From: Armatimonadota bacterium | GTDB taxonomy: Bacteria; Cloacimonadota; Cloacimonadia; Cloacimonadales; TCS61 | Direction: 5' to 3' | NCBI GenBank assembly: GCA_013203665.1 | Contig: JABMPU010000077.1 | Span: forward strand, 22,471-86,470 | Length of the DNA stretch: 64,000 nucleotides | Shown here: piece by piece, positions 11,483-21,729 of the stretch | How the letters are laid out: each line of letters begins with the position of its first letter | Numbering within the stretch: position 1 is the stretch's first letter | The notes under the pieces: generated by a model | Told to the model about the DNA's origin: nothing | The model's input: only the letters and a program-made list of their open reading frames with translations | Database searches by the model: none | Made by a program: the position numbers and the translations under genes

Positions 11483-12011
11483 AGTAACTCAAATCAGAAG
11501 CACGATCGGACGAAAAGAAGACCAGAAAAGAACTATTATTGCTCTTGGTTTAAATAAAATAAACAGAACAAAAATTCATGATGATAATGCTGTAATTCGT
11601 GGTATGATCAATAAAGTTTCTCATCTCATCAAAGTAGAAAAAATTGAAGAAAAAAAGAAACCAAAAAAAGCTACATCCAAAAAAGTAGAAACTAAGCCCG
11701 AAGAAAAGAAAACAAAAATCGAAGAAATAACTAAAAAAACTACCAAACCAAAATCAGAAAAAAAAGAAGTTAAGAAAACTGCGAAACCGAAAGTAGTAAA
11801 ACCAAAAGCAAAAAAAACAGAAGCAAAAAAGACAGAAGCAAAAAAAACTGCTTCAAAGCAAAAAAAAACTACAGAAACCAAAAAGGCAGAAACAAAAAAA
11901 GTTTCACCAAAGCCGGTAAAAGTTGCTGAAACTAAAAAAGCAGAAAAGAAAGAAACTACAAAAAAAGTAACAAAGAAAAAACCGACAAAACCAAAAGCTA
12001 AAAAAGAGTAG
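11472..12011 (+). CDS. rpmD: 50S ribosomal protein L30 with long Lys-rich C-terminal extension
   Basis: [13 protein letters not shown]...LGL...[11 protein letters not shown] core, then ~120 aa K/E/T/A/P-rich tail; SD GGAGG before ATG 11472. Confidence 0.95.
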   Translation: MKLKVTQIRSTIGRKEDQKRTIIALGLNKINRTKIHDDNAVIRGMINKVSHLIKVEKIEEKKKPKKATSKKVETKPEEKKTKIEEITKKTTKPKSEKKEVKKTAKPKVVKPKAKKTEAKKTEAKKTASKQKKTTETKKAETKKVSPKPVKVAETKKAEKKETTKKVTKKKPTKPKAKKE

Positions 12012-12020
12012 GAGTTTGTT

Positions 12021-12473
12021 ATGAAACTTCATAATATCGAGCATCCGAAAACAAAAAGATATAAAAAGAGATTGGGAAAAGGTCATGGAACCGGTTTTGG
12101 AAAAACATCCGGTAAAGGTCACAAAGGTCAAAAATCACGTTCCGGTGGAAATATTCCTGCCTGGTTTGAAGGTGGTCAGATGCCTTTGCAACGACGTTTG
12201 CCCAAAAGAGGTTTCACGAACATCTTCAAAAAACAGTTTAGAATTGTTAATTTAGATAAATTACAAAATCTCGACGGATCTATATTTGATATTAAGAAAT
12301 TAGAAAAATTGAATTTGATAAGAAAAGCAAGAGCCAATGAAAAAGCACCTGTGAAAATTTTAGCGAAGAATACTGAAAATTTTAACAAAAAAATAACTGT
12401 AAAAGCAAATGCTTTCTCTAAAACTGCCAAAGAAATAATCGAAAAATTTGGTGGTGTTGCGGAGGTAATTTAG
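12021..12473 (+). CDS. rplO: 50S ribosomal protein L15
   Basis: GKGHKGQKSRSG...FEGGQMPL. Confidence 0.99.
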   Translation: MKLHNIEHPKTKRYKKRLGKGHGTGFGKTSGKGHKGQKSRSGGNIPAWFEGGQMPLQRRLPKRGFTNIFKKQFRIVNLDKLQNLDGSIFDIKKLEKLNLIRKARANEKAPVKILAKNTENFNKKITVKANAFSKTAKEIIEKFGGVAEVI

Positions 12474-12474
12474 A

Positions 12475-13791
12475 GTGTTACAAAGTATCAGTAATATCTT
12501 CAAAATACCGGATTTAAAGAAAAAAATCCTGATTACAGCCATGATACTAGTTATCTACAGGCTGGGAAGTTTTATTCCTGTTCCGGGAATTAATGCTGCT
12601 GTTCTGAAAGAATTTCTGGCAGGAGCCGGAGGTGCTGGAAACCTGTTTGGAATGTTCGATTTATTTGTGGGTGGCAACTTTGGAAGAGCTTCGGTTTTTG
12701 CACTCGGTATCATGCCATACATCACAACTTCAATCGTTATCCAGCTTCTGGGTGGTGTATTACCTTTCTTTGAAAGATTGAAGAAAGAAGGTGCTGAAGG
12801 TCAGAAGAAAATAAACCAATACACCAGATATGGAACAGTTGCTGTGGCAGCTTTTCAGGCAATCGGTTTTAGTGTTTTCCTTCTTAACCTTGACGGAGCA
12901 AGTGGACCTGCAGTTCCTCATCCGGGATTTCTATTTCTTTTCACAAGTGTTGTAACAATGGTTACCGGTGTTATTTTTATTATGTGGCTGGGTGAACAGA
13001 TTACAGAACATGGCATTGGAAATGGTATTTCCCTGATTATTTTCGCAGGAATTATTGCCCGTTATCCAAACGGTTTCATAAATATGTTCCAGATGGTCCG
13101 AGCCGGGGCAATGACTATTTTCATGGCAGTTGCCGTATTATTGGTAATGGTTGCTGTAACTGCTTCCGTTGTTCTGGTAACTGAAGGTATTCGAAAGATA
13201 CCAGTTCAATATGCCAAAAGAATTATCGGCAGAAAAGTTTATGGTGGGCAAAGTACACATATTCCGCTAAAAGTAAATACAGCCGGGGTTATCCCCATCA
13301 TTTTCGCTCAATCCATTCTTATGTTTCCACGCACGATTGCTACATTCTTCAAAGATAGCGAGATCATGAACATGATCGTTCAATGGTTATCACCCGGAGC
13401 TTTTCTTTATACTTTACTTTATGTTGGTCTCATTATTTTCTTTGCTTACTTTTATACTGCCATGGTTTTGAACCCGGTGGAAATGGCAGAAAATATGAAA
13501 AAATATGGTGGATTTATTCCCGGAAGAAAACCCGGTAAAAAAACATCAGATTATATCAATAATGTTCTGTTGCGCATCACTTTGCCCGGTGCTACTTTCT
13601 TTGCATTTATAGCAGTATTGCCGGAATTCATGCAAAAGTGGTCCAACCTGCCATTCTATTTTGGTGGAACAGGACTTATAATTATCGTTGGTGTTGCCCT
13701 GGATACTCTTCAGCAAATCGAGTCTCATCTGGTAATGAGACATTACGAAGGATTTATGAAGAGAGGAAAACTGCGGGGACGACGAGGTTAA
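12475..13791 (+). CDS. secY: Preprotein translocase SecY
   Basis: ALGIMPYI, GIGNGISLIIF, FIPGRKPG; ~10 TM. Confidence 0.99.
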   Translation: MLQSISNIFKIPDLKKKILITAMILVIYRLGSFIPVPGINAAVLKEFLAGAGGAGNLFGMFDLFVGGNFGRASVFALGIMPYITTSIVIQLLGGVLPFFERLKKEGAEGQKKINQYTRYGTVAVAAFQAIGFSVFLLNLDGASGPAVPHPGFLFLFTSVVTMVTGVIFIMWLGEQITEHGIGNGISLIIFAGIIARYPNGFINMFQMVRAGAMTIFMAVAVLLVMVAVTASVVLVTEGIRKIPVQYAKRIIGRKVYGGQSTHIPLKVNTAGVIPIIFAQSILMFPRTIATFFKDSEIMNMIVQWLSPGAFLYTLLYVGLIIFFAYFYTAMVLNPVEMAENMKKYGGFIPGRKPGKKTSDYINNVLLRITLPGATFFAFIAVLPEFMQKWSNLPFYFGGTGLIIIVGVALDTLQQIESHLVMRHYEGFMKRGKLRGRRG

Positions 13792-13828
13792 TTTTTGTAA
13801 ATTACATAGAGTGTAAATAAGAAGCAAT

Positions 13829-14593
13829 ATGATCTACATAAAAAATGAATCTGAAATAGTTAAGATGCGGGAAGCCAATCGTATCGTAGGATTATTGCTT
13901 CATAAGATGAATGATTTTGTCAAGCCTGGTATAAGTACATTTGAACTTGATAAAATCGCTGAGGATTTCATCCTGTCTCAGGGAGCAAAACCGGCTTTTA
14001 AGGGTTATTCAAGTTCAGGTTTACCTCCTTATCCGGCATCAATTTGCACCTCGGTAAATTCCTGTATTGTGCATGGTATTCCTTCCAAAAAAGTCATCCT
14101 GAAAAAAGGTGATATTATTGGGATCGATGTGGGTACATATAAAGATGGATTTTGTGGAGATGGTGCTTGCACATATCGAGTTGGAAAAGTTTCAAGGGAT
14201 ATTGAATGTCTCCTCAGCGTGACCAGGGAAGCACTTGACAGAGCAATTCACCAGGCAAGGAATGGTGCTCGAGTCGGTGATATTTCTTATGCCATCGGTT
14301 CTTACGTGAAACAGCAGGGATTTTTTATTGCAGATCAGTTAACCGGACACGGCATTGGCAAACAGATGCATGAAGAACCAATTGTTTCTAATAATGGCAT
14401 GAAAAAGAAGGGACCACGCTTGAGAAAAGGAATGACTCTGGCAATCGAACCGATGGTAAATATCGGTACGAATCGGGTAAGAGAAGTTGGTTGGGAATTT
14501 TTCGTGAAAGATAATTCTTTATCTGCTCATTATGAGAAAACGATCTTAATAACAGATAAAGAAGCAGAGATTTTAAGCGAATACGAGGCTTAA
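13829..14593 (+). CDS. map: Type I methionine aminopeptidase
   Basis: HGIP, GHGIG..MHEEP, AIEPM, SAHYE. Confidence 0.98.
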   Translation: MIYIKNESEIVKMREANRIVGLLLHKMNDFVKPGISTFELDKIAEDFILSQGAKPAFKGYSSSGLPPYPASICTSVNSCIVHGIPSKKVILKKGDIIGIDVGTYKDGFCGDGACTYRVGKVSRDIECLLSVTREALDRAIHQARNGARVGDISYAIGSYVKQQGFFIADQLTGHGIGKQMHEEPIVSNNGMKKKGPRLRKGMTLAIEPMVNIGTNRVREVGWEFFVKDNSLSAHYEKTILITDKEAEILSEYEA

Positions 14594-14596
14594 ATT

Positions 14597-14815
14597 ATGG
14601 CAAAAGAAGGAGTTATAGAAGTTGAAGGCATTGTAAGAGAAGCAATGCCAAATACTACTTTCAAAGTAGAATTGGAAAATGGGCATCAAATTCTTGCTCA
14701 TAGTTCCGGTAAGATGAGAATGCATTATATCAGAATTTTACCGGGTGATAAAGTGAAAGTGGAATTATCTCCATACGATCTGAACAGGGGTAGAATTACT
14801 TACCGCTATAAATAG
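14597..14815 (+). CDS. infA: Translation initiation factor IF-1
   Basis: [24 protein letters not shown]. Confidence 0.99.
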   Translation: MAKEGVIEVEGIVREAMPNTTFKVELENGHQILAHSSGKMRMHYIRILPGDKVKVELSPYDLNRGRITYRYK

Positions 14816-14823
14816 AGGAAAAA

Positions 14824-14940
14824 ATGAAAGTAAGAGCATCAGTTAAAAAGATTTGTAAGGATTGCAAAATAATAAAAAGACACGGAGTTATCCGGGTTAT
14901 TTGTAAAGCAAATCCTAAACATAAACAAAGACAAGGCTAA
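14824..14940 (+). CDS. rpmJ: 50S ribosomal protein L36
   Basis: Manual translation [38 protein letters not shown] (below ORF-track cutoff). Confidence 0.99.
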   Translation: MKVRASVKKICKDCKIIKRHGVIRVICKANPKHKQRQG

Positions 14941-15000
14941 ACTGATTGTCGATGTTTAAAAAAATTATAAAAAAAGAAATATCTTTAAGGAGGATATAAC

Positions 15001-15369
15001 TTGGCTCATTTAGCAGGCATTGAATTACCAAAAGATAAAAGAGTTGTGATCGGACTTACTTATATTTTCGGTATAGGAAAATCCATCTCTTCAAAGCTTT
15101 TGAAAAAAGCAAAAATCGATGAAAATAAAAAAGTGAAAGATCTTACAGTAGAAGAAGAAAAAACTCTGAGAGAGATAATCCAGGATGAAATTATTGTGGA
15201 AGGTGAGCTTAGAACTCAGGTAGCAATGGACATCAAACGTCTCATGGAAATAGGTTGTTACAGAGGAATAAGACACAAAAAAGGATTCCCTGTAAGAGGA
15301 CAACGAACTCATACAAATGCACGCACCAGGCGCGGCAGACGCAAAACTTCCGGCGTAATAAAGAGGTAA
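15001..15369 (+). CDS. rpsM: 30S ribosomal protein S13
   Basis: LTYIFGIG...[16 protein letters not shown] start. Confidence 0.99.
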   Translation: MAHLAGIELPKDKRVVIGLTYIFGIGKSISSKLLKKAKIDENKKVKDLTVEEEKTLREIIQDEIIVEGELRTQVAMDIKRLMEIGCYRGIRHKKGFPVRGQRTHTNARTRRGRRKTSGVIKR

Positions 15370-15372
15370 CTG

Positions 15373-15759
15373 ATGGCAACAAAAAAAACAAAGAAAAAAC
15401 GAGTTCGACTCACTTATAATGAAGGCGTTGCACATATTCACTCCAGCTTTAATAATACAATCGTAACTCTTTCCGACAAAGCCGGTAATGTATTAACCTG
15501 GTCAAGCGGGGGAAAAATCGGTTATAAACACGCTAAAAAGAGTACTCCTTTTGCTGCTCAGCTCGCTGCTGCAGAAGTAGCAAAAGCTTCTCTGGAAATG
15601 GGTATTAACAAAGTTCAGGTAATTGTTACCGGACCTGGTGGCGGTAGAGAATCTGCAATCAGATCATTAGATTCAAATGGTTTGGAAGTGACAATGATCA
15701 AAGACACCACTCCAATCCCGCATAATGGCTGCAAACCAAGAAAAACCAGAAGGATATAA
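15373..15759 (+). CDS. rpsK: 30S ribosomal protein S11
   Basis: [21 protein letters not shown]. Confidence 0.99.
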   Translation: MATKKTKKKRVRLTYNEGVAHIHSSFNNTIVTLSDKAGNVLTWSSGGKIGYKHAKKSTPFAAQLAAAEVAKASLEMGINKVQVIVTGPGGGRESAIRSLDSNGLEVTMIKDTTPIPHNGCKPRKTRRI

Positions 15760-15761
15760 TT

Positions 15762-16397
15762 ATGGCAAGATATACTGGACCCTCTTGTAAATTGTGTAGA
15801 AGGGAAGGCACAAAGCTTTTTCTAAAAGGTTCCCGCTGCAACTCGGATAAATGCGCCTTTGAAAAACGAGCTTATATTCCCGGCGAACATGGAAATGCAA
15901 AAGGTTTTAGAAGAAGATTAAGTGATTATGGAATCCATCTAAGGGAAAAACAAAAAGTAAGACGTATTTATGGGATTTTGGAAAAACAATTCAGGAAATA
16001 TTTTAAAATGGCTGCTAAAAAATCTGGAATTACCGGTGAAAACCTTCTCCAGTTTTTAGAATGCCGCCTGGATAATATTATCTATCGGATGGGGTTTGCT
16101 CCTTCCAGGAAATCTGCTCGTCAAATCGTACGGCACGGTCATATCCTGGTTAATGGGCGCAAAGTAAATATTCCTTCCTTTTTAGTTCGCTCGGATGATG
16201 AAATTTCTATTAAAGAAAAAAGCAGAGGAATGACGTTGATCCAGGAAGCGATGGAAGCTTCCACTGAAGTTTCTAACTATGAATGGTTCGAAGTGGACAA
16301 AGACCAGTTCATGGGTAAGATTCTCAGCATTCCAACCCGCATACAAATCCCTCTGGATGTTGATGAACGTCTTATTGTTGAATATTATTCTAAGTAG
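15762..16397 (+). CDS. rpsD: 30S ribosomal protein S4
   Basis: MARYTGP.CKLCRREG...LREKQK...IVEYYSK. Confidence 0.99.
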   Translation: MARYTGPSCKLCRREGTKLFLKGSRCNSDKCAFEKRAYIPGEHGNAKGFRRRLSDYGIHLREKQKVRRIYGILEKQFRKYFKMAAKKSGITGENLLQFLECRLDNIIYRMGFAPSRKSARQIVRHGHILVNGRKVNIPSFLVRSDDEISIKEKSRGMTLIQEAMEASTEVSNYEWFEVDKDQFMGKILSIPTRIQIPLDVDERLIVEYYSK

Positions 16398-16412
16398 AAG
16401 AGGAGTTAATTT

Positions 16413-17432
16413 ATGAATTTCCTTGAACCTATACAATTACCCGAAAAAGTTCAAGCTGATGAAAAAACATATTGTCCGACTTTCGGAAAATTCGAAATTG
16501 GACCTTTGGAACCCGGTTTTGGCACAACCATTGGAAATACTCTGAGAAGAGTTTTGCTCTCGTCTGTTCAGGGTGCTGCCATCAGATTTGTGAAAATTGA
16601 AGGTTTACATCATGAATTTGCTCCTATTGCAGGTTCCAATGCTGATTTCGTGGACTTGATTTTAAGATTGAAAAAACTGGTGATAAAATCTGAATCTATC
16701 GAAGAAGAAAAACTAATTCTGGAACATAAAGGAATCGGACCTGTTACAGCCAGCGAAATAACAGGAAGTGCTAATGTCGAAATCATAAATGATGATCTGG
16801 TTTTATTGGAAATGACAGAAGATATCGATTTCAGGATGGAACTCTGGACTGGAATTGGCAGAGGATATTGCCCTTCGGAAAATCATGATGCGGAAGATAA
16901 ACCTGTGGGTGTGATCCCGATAGATTCCATTTATTCTCCAGTTACAAAAGTTAACTTCTATGTGGACCGTCAAAGAGTTGGCGAAACAATAGATTTCGAT
17001 AAATTAATCATTGAAATTACTACAGATGGCAGTATGAATCCAAAAGATGCTCTTTATCTTTCTGCGATGATTCTGAGAGATTTATACGCTAAGATGGTTC
17101 TTTTCGAAAAAGAACCGGAATACATCGAAGAAGTAGAGATAAATCCTGAACTGGAAAGACTGGAAAAAATCCTTTTTACAAATGTGAATGAATTGGAACT
17201 TTCCGTGAGATGCAGCAATTGTCTTTCTGCTGCCAAGATTGAAACAATCGGGGAACTGATAGAAAAAAGTGAAAATGAAATGCTAAAATACCGCAACTTC
17301 GGAAAAAAATCCTTAGAAGAGATTAATATATTACTGGCAAAATACAATTTATCCCTCGGTACTGATGTGAAAGGATTAATAGAAGAAATCCAGAATACAA
17401 AAAACAAGATAACTACAAAAAAAAAAGGTTAA
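16413..17432 (+). CDS. rpoA: RNA polymerase alpha subunit
   Basis: PLEPGFGTTIGNTLRRVLLSS, IDSIYSPV, NFGKKSLEEI. Confidence 0.99.
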   Translation: MNFLEPIQLPEKVQADEKTYCPTFGKFEIGPLEPGFGTTIGNTLRRVLLSSVQGAAIRFVKIEGLHHEFAPIAGSNADFVDLILRLKKLVIKSESIEEEKLILEHKGIGPVTASEITGSANVEIINDDLVLLEMTEDIDFRMELWTGIGRGYCPSENHDAEDKPVGVIPIDSIYSPVTKVNFYVDRQRVGETIDFDKLIIEITTDGSMNPKDALYLSAMILRDLYAKMVLFEKEPEYIEEVEINPELERLEKILFTNVNELELSVRCSNCLSAAKIETIGELIEKSENEMLKYRNFGKKSLEEINILLAKYNLSLGTDVKGLIEEIQNTKNKITTKKKG

Positions 17433-17436
17433 GATT

Positions 17437-17844
17437 ATGCGACACAAAGTAAAAGGCAGAAAACTCGGAAAAGAAGCTGACCATCGTAAACTAATGTTGA
17501 AAAACCTGGTTTGTTCATTAGTAGAACACGGCAGGATAAATACAACTGTGGCAAAAGCAAAAGAAATTAGAGGTGTTGCGGAAAGAGTGATAACTTATGC
17601 CAAAAAAGGTGGAGTTCATCACAGAAGACTGGCTTTTAAAGTTCTAAAAAACAGAACTCTGGTTAAAAAAGTATTTGATGAAATCGCTCCCAAATATACC
17701 AGTGTGGAAGGTGGTTATACTCGCGTTCTCAAAAACGGATTTCGCAAAGGTGACTGCGCTCCTATGGCTATTATCGAATTCGTGGAAGGCAAAGATACAA
17801 AAACCAAAAAAGAAGATATTAAAACCGAAGAAATCGCAAAATAA
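17437..17844 (+). CDS. rplQ: 50S ribosomal protein L17
   Basis: MRH....KLG, GGYTRV.K.GFR.GD.APMA. Confidence 0.99.
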   Translation: MRHKVKGRKLGKEADHRKLMLKNLVCSLVEHGRINTTVAKAKEIRGVAERVITYAKKGGVHHRRLAFKVLKNRTLVKKVFDEIAPKYTSVEGGYTRVLKNGFRKGDCAPMAIIEFVEGKDTKTKKEDIKTEEIAK

Positions 17845-17867
17845 TTAGGAATTATAAATTAAGAATT

Positions 17868-17902
17868 AAGCAGGCTGCCAAATATGGTTGCCTGTTTTTT
17901 TT
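17868..17902 (+). terminator. Intrinsic terminator of the ribosomal superoperon
   Basis: AAGCAGGCTGCCA-AATA-TGGTTGCCTG followed by a T8 run. Confidence 0.75.
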
Positions 17903-17913
17903 ATTTGAAATTT

Positions 17914-17938
17914 GTAGGGACAGTTCATCGAACTGTCC
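17914..17938 (+). repeat. GTAG-type REP hairpin
   Basis: GTAGGGACAGTTC-ATC-GAACTGTCC; same GTAGGGACAG start as the REP in the RAYT gene. Confidence 0.7.
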
Positions 17939-18009
17939 AAAAAATTTAATGACCGAATGTTTAGGTCAAGATTGGTTTGAAGAAAATCTGTTTGAGGATT
18001 TAATGAATT

Positions 18010-18833
18010 TCACCAGTCAATGTTTTCTATCCAGTTTCTAAATTGATCAGTTAGATTTTCAAAAAATCCTGTATAAGGTGCATTATCTTTCTTAAACATA
18101 ATTTCAATAACATCACAAGCCTGGATTGCTTCAGAAATATTTTCGAACCATCGTCTACGTAAAGTGCAGATAGCACCAGGTAATTCTTTAATGCCCTTAA
18201 TATTCCATTTAAATATTATTGAATTTTCAAATTGTATACATTTTGTATAGAGATCGTGAAGATATTTTGTTTCAGTTACATTATTTTCATTTAAAGCATA
18301 ATTAATTAGTACATTGGGTGATATAAAATAGTTAATGGCGTATTCCGTGATTTTTTTAATTTTTTATCTGTCCTAAATCTATCTATTTGTATAGTTATTT
18401 GTGTTATTGGCTTACGATATCTTAAAATGTAACCAGTGATTGCTTTCATAGCAGAGTACCCAGAGAAAAAATTCCAAATAAAATCGGCTGATGTAATTTT
18501 TTCAGGAGTATCTTTACCTCGAAGTTGTTTCTCATTGTATTCTTTACATTTTTGTTTAATTAGGGCTTTCTCTCCCTCAGTAGAATAGGAGTATATCGTT
18601 ATTGGGAAATAACCGTTTAAAAGGAATTCTGCAAAAGGTAACCAAACAGTGTTGGGATATCGTTTACTTTTTTTATTAAAAGGAATTTCATTATCTCTGA
18701 GAAATTTTTCCCAATCTGAGTTAGTTTTGTCTTCTTTTTTGAATGTAAAAAATCCGCCAAAAATAAAAGGTATATTTTTATTTATATCACCTGGTGTTCC
18801 CGACTCATCTAAATATATTCTCATATGTGACAT
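18010..18833 (-). pseudogene. DUF3800-like protein split by a -1 frameshift at an A7 tract
   Basis: N-terminal IYLDESG motif; after the tract at 18351-18357 another frame stays open for ~113 codons, includes IQACDVI (cf. IQ.AD) and ends at TGA 18010-18012. Confidence 0.65.
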
Positions 18834-19028
18834 TGTGGTTTCCTTTAAAAAAAATAATTCGAATCAAGTACAAAAGCTACTAATATAGCACCATGTTCTG
18901 TACAATCGAGTTTTACACGGTGATTGCAATTTGCGATCACCTTTCAATAAATCTTTAGATATAATTTAAAATCTTTGTTTTATGTCAAAGTGTATTTGAT
19001 CTCTTGTAATGGTTATCAAGTAACCAAA

Positions 19029-19071
19029 CTGGACTTCAAGCAGATTTTATTCGGGCTGGAGTCCAGAACGA
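19029..19071. repeat. Palindromic 43-bp repeat, copy 1
   Basis: CTGGACTTCAAGCAGATTTTATTCGGGCTGGAGTCCAGAACGA; 35/43 identical to 20284-20326. Confidence 0.75.
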
Positions 19072-19077
19072 GAAGAT

Positions 19078-19611
19078 TCAAGTTCCTAATTCCTTGAAAA
19101 ATTTCTTAAATTTTTCTTCTTCATCTTCTTTTTTAGACCAACGCTCGATTTCATTAAAATTAATATCATTCATTTTTGCAACTAATACAGCTTGATCCAG
19201 ACATTGTCTGTCATTCCAGAAATAAAATGCAGCCAAACGATCTTTTACACATTCAGTCGGAGAAATTATTTTTAATTCACCGGTTTCAAAATGCAGAGTA
19301 ATGATATCTTTTACAGGTTCATTACCTATTGAGAGGGGTCCAGGTGGAAATTCTACAATATAATCTGTATCAGGATGTTTAAAATATCTGTTTTCCTCAA
19401 AGAAGCCAATTTCAGATAAATGTTTTGCTAATTCCTTACTTTTCGTGTAAAATGTTTCTATAAAATCCAAATCCATAGAAACATATTGATTTTTAGAATA
19501 AATGCTTACACAGCTTCCACCAGTTAGAATTACCTCTATGCCATTATTCTTAAGATGGGTAGAAATAAATGCTGCCAATTCTTCTATATTCATTTTTTTT
19601 ATGGATTTCAT
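19078..19611 (-). CDS. Putative nucleotidyltransferase-fold protein
   Basis: LTGG...S.DLD motif; 4-bp overlap with upstream wHTH gene. Confidence 0.7.
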   Translation of the reverse strand: MKSIKKMNIEELAAFISTHLKNNGIEVILTGGSCVSIYSKNQYVSMDLDFIETFYTKSKELAKHLSEIGFFEENRYFKHPDTDYIVEFPPGPLSIGNEPVKDIITLHFETGELKIISPTECVKDRLAAFYFWNDRQCLDQAVLVAKMNDINFNEIERWSKKEDEEEKFKKFFKELGT

Positions 19612-19937
19612 ATAGGCTTATTCCTTCGTCTGGGGCGACGCCGGTTGTAAAGCAAAGCAGTTTTTAATTCTTCCGGATAAAATGAAAGTGCCTTTTCCAA
19701 CAATTGCTGTAATTCTTTTAAAAATGGATAGCGGGGATTGAAAGAGTAATTACGGGTTCTACCGGATAACTTACTTATCAGCATTCCATTTTCTTCCAAT
19801 TTATTCAACTGCTTTTGAATAGGAGAAAGAACCGTATTATAAAAACTTGCTATCTCCCTGGCATATCCTTCATTCCTGCAAAACAGGAAAATAAGGATCC
19901 GTTCTGCATTTATTGAACCTAACAAAACTTCCAGCAT
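19608..19937 (-). CDS. Winged helix-turn-helix (ArsR-like) protein
   Basis: YAREIA...IQKQLNKLEENGML.S...GRTR.Y.FN. Confidence 0.8.
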   Translation of the reverse strand: MLEVLLGSINAERILIFLFCRNEGYAREIASFYNTVLSPIQKQLNKLEENGMLISKLSGRTRNYSFNPRYPFLKELQQLLEKALSFYPEELKTALLYNRRRPRRRNKPI

Positions 19938-19950
19938 AAGACCTTCTTTT

Positions 19951-19966
19951 TAGGTCATATGACCTA
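19951..19966. promoter_or_regulatory. Perfect 16-bp palindrome, candidate operator of the wHTH gene
   Basis: TAGGTCATATGACCTA, 13 nt upstream of the wHTH start codon. Confidence 0.5.
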
Positions 19967-20283
19967 TTACTTAGGTCTAAATTTGATTTGATGTTTTTTT
20001 TGTAAAGATTTTTTTAAACCTAAATCGGATAAACCGAAACCAAAAAATTTGCAACGAACCTGTCTTTGTTACACTACGACACGGCAGGCAAAACAAACAA
20101 TATCTAACAAAAAATGAAAAAAGTTCGTTGTTGTTAGTGTTTGTTAGTTGCTAAAAATATTTTTTTGCCAAAAAGTGTAAGAATATTAGAATTAAGTAAC
20201 TAATAGAAATTATATGCGAAAATAAAAATTGTAGCAACAATTCAAGAACTGTGGAAAAGCTTGCCAAGGTTACAACTGTTGGA

Positions 20284-20326
20284 CCGGACTTCAAGCTGGA
20301 TTTATTCGGGTTGGAGTTCAGGATGA
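20284..20326. repeat. Palindromic 43-bp repeat, copy 2
   Basis: CCGGACTTCAAGCTGGATTTATTCGGGTTGGAGTTCAGGATGA. Confidence 0.75.
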
Positions 20327-20397
20327 AATTAAAATTTAATAGACAAAAAAATCGTATTCATAATTTTAAAATCAATCCTTTTTGAGGAGGTTGGTTT

Positions 20398-21729
20398 ATG
20401 TTGAAGATGACTTATAATCAAATACTGGAATATTTTGAAAATAATCAGCAAAACCGGTTAAAAGAAAAAATTAACCTGTTACATTCTGCTGATTCTGCCC
20501 AGATTATAAATGAACTCCCTTCCGAATACCAGTTCACAGCTTTTTCTCTTTTGAATGACGAAAATGCGTCTGATGTTCTTCCTGACCTTTATGATGAACT
20601 GCGAGAAGATATCCTGGAAAAAATGCAGCAGAACCGTCTGGTGAAGATCATTGATGAAATGGAGACAGATGAAGCAGCAGATATAATCGGAGAACTGGAA
20701 GATGATGTTTCTAAAGAACTTCTGGAAAAGATAGACAAAGAAGATTCCGAGGATATCAAGCAACTTCTGAAATATGATGAAGAATCTGCCGGCGGCTTGA
20801 TGCAGACCGAGATCATCGCTGCTAACCAGGAAATGAAACGCGATGAGATAATTGAATATATCCGTGAAAATTATGAAGAAGTCGAGAATATTCATTACAT
20901 TTTTGTGGTAGATAATGACAATAAATTAATAGGACTCCTGGAAGTGACTCACCTGCTTTTGGCAAAACCACAGAGAAAAGCAAAGGATATCATGGATAAG
21001 AATGTAATTTCAGCCCAAGTAGATCTGGACCAGGAACAGGTGGCACACATCTTTCGTAAATATGATATTTACATTCTCCCCGTGGTGGATAAAGAGCATC
21101 ATTTGCTGGGTCGTATCACAGTGGACGACATCATCGATGTTATCGATGAAGAAGCATCGGAAGACGTGTATAAAATGGTGGGACTGGAAAGCGAAGATAG
21201 AGTTTTTACCAGTCCTTTAAGTTCTGTTAAGAAAAGACTTCCCTGGCTCACTTTGAATTTATTTACAGCGCTCCTGGTTTCCAGTGTGGTCGGAATCTTT
21301 GAACAGACAATTGCCAGGTTATCATTTCTGGCTGTGTTGATGCCAATTGTTGCCGGCTTGGGTGGAAATTCCGGAACTCAAACTTTAACTGTGATAACAC
21401 GAGGAATTGCTCTGGGTGAATTAACTATACATAATACTTTCAGAGCAATTATTAAGGAAATTACTGTGGGAATTGTGAACGGAATTTTGATCGGTTCTGC
21501 TGCTGTGCTGATCGCTTATTTGCTGAAAGGTAATATCATGTTGGGAGTTGTTTTGGGAACAGCAATGATCTGCAATATGTTCATTGCAGGTTTGGTCGGT
21601 TCACTCATTCCGATAATCATGAAAAGTCTGAAAATAGACCCGGCATTAGCATCCAGTGTGATCATTACTATGCTCACGGATATTGGTGGTTTTGCTTCCT
21701 TTTTGGGATTAGCCACAATTTTATTATGA
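20398..21729 (+). CDS. mgtE: Magnesium transporter MgtE
   Basis: N-domain, CBS pair (SAGGLM, GRITVDD), KRLPWL, GGNSGTQ, DPALAS. Confidence 0.97.
   Translation: MLKMTYNQILEYFENNQQNRLKEKINLLHSADSAQIINELPSEYQFTAFSLLNDENASDVLPDLYDELREDILEKMQQNRLVKIIDEMETDEAADIIGELEDDVSKELLEKIDKEDSEDIKQLLKYDEESAGGLMQTEIIAANQEMKRDEIIEYIRENYEEVENIHYIFVVDNDNKLIGLLEVTHLLLAKPQRKAKDIMDKNVISAQVDLDQEQVAHIFRKYDIYILPVVDKEHHLLGRITVDDIIDVIDEEASEDVYKMVGLESEDRVFTSPLSSVKKRLPWLTLNLFTALLVSSVVGIFEQTIARLSFLAVLMPIVAGLGGNSGTQTLTVITRGIALGELTIHNTFRAIIKEITVGIVNGILIGSAAVLIAYLLKGNIMLGVVLGTAMICNMFIAGLVGSLIPIIMKSLKIDPALASSVIITMLTDIGGFASFLGLATILL

Noticed and set aside
1836..17407. Many antisense and alternate-frame ORFs over ribosomal genes (and similar ones elsewhere, e.g. 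45599-45982, 45692-46060, 60169-60444)
   Set aside because: Shadows of conserved genes with no motifs or RBS
19029..19071. tRNA-Sec-like CTGGACTTCAA
   Set aside because: No acceptor stem or T-arm; it is one arm of a palindromic repeat with a second copy at 20284
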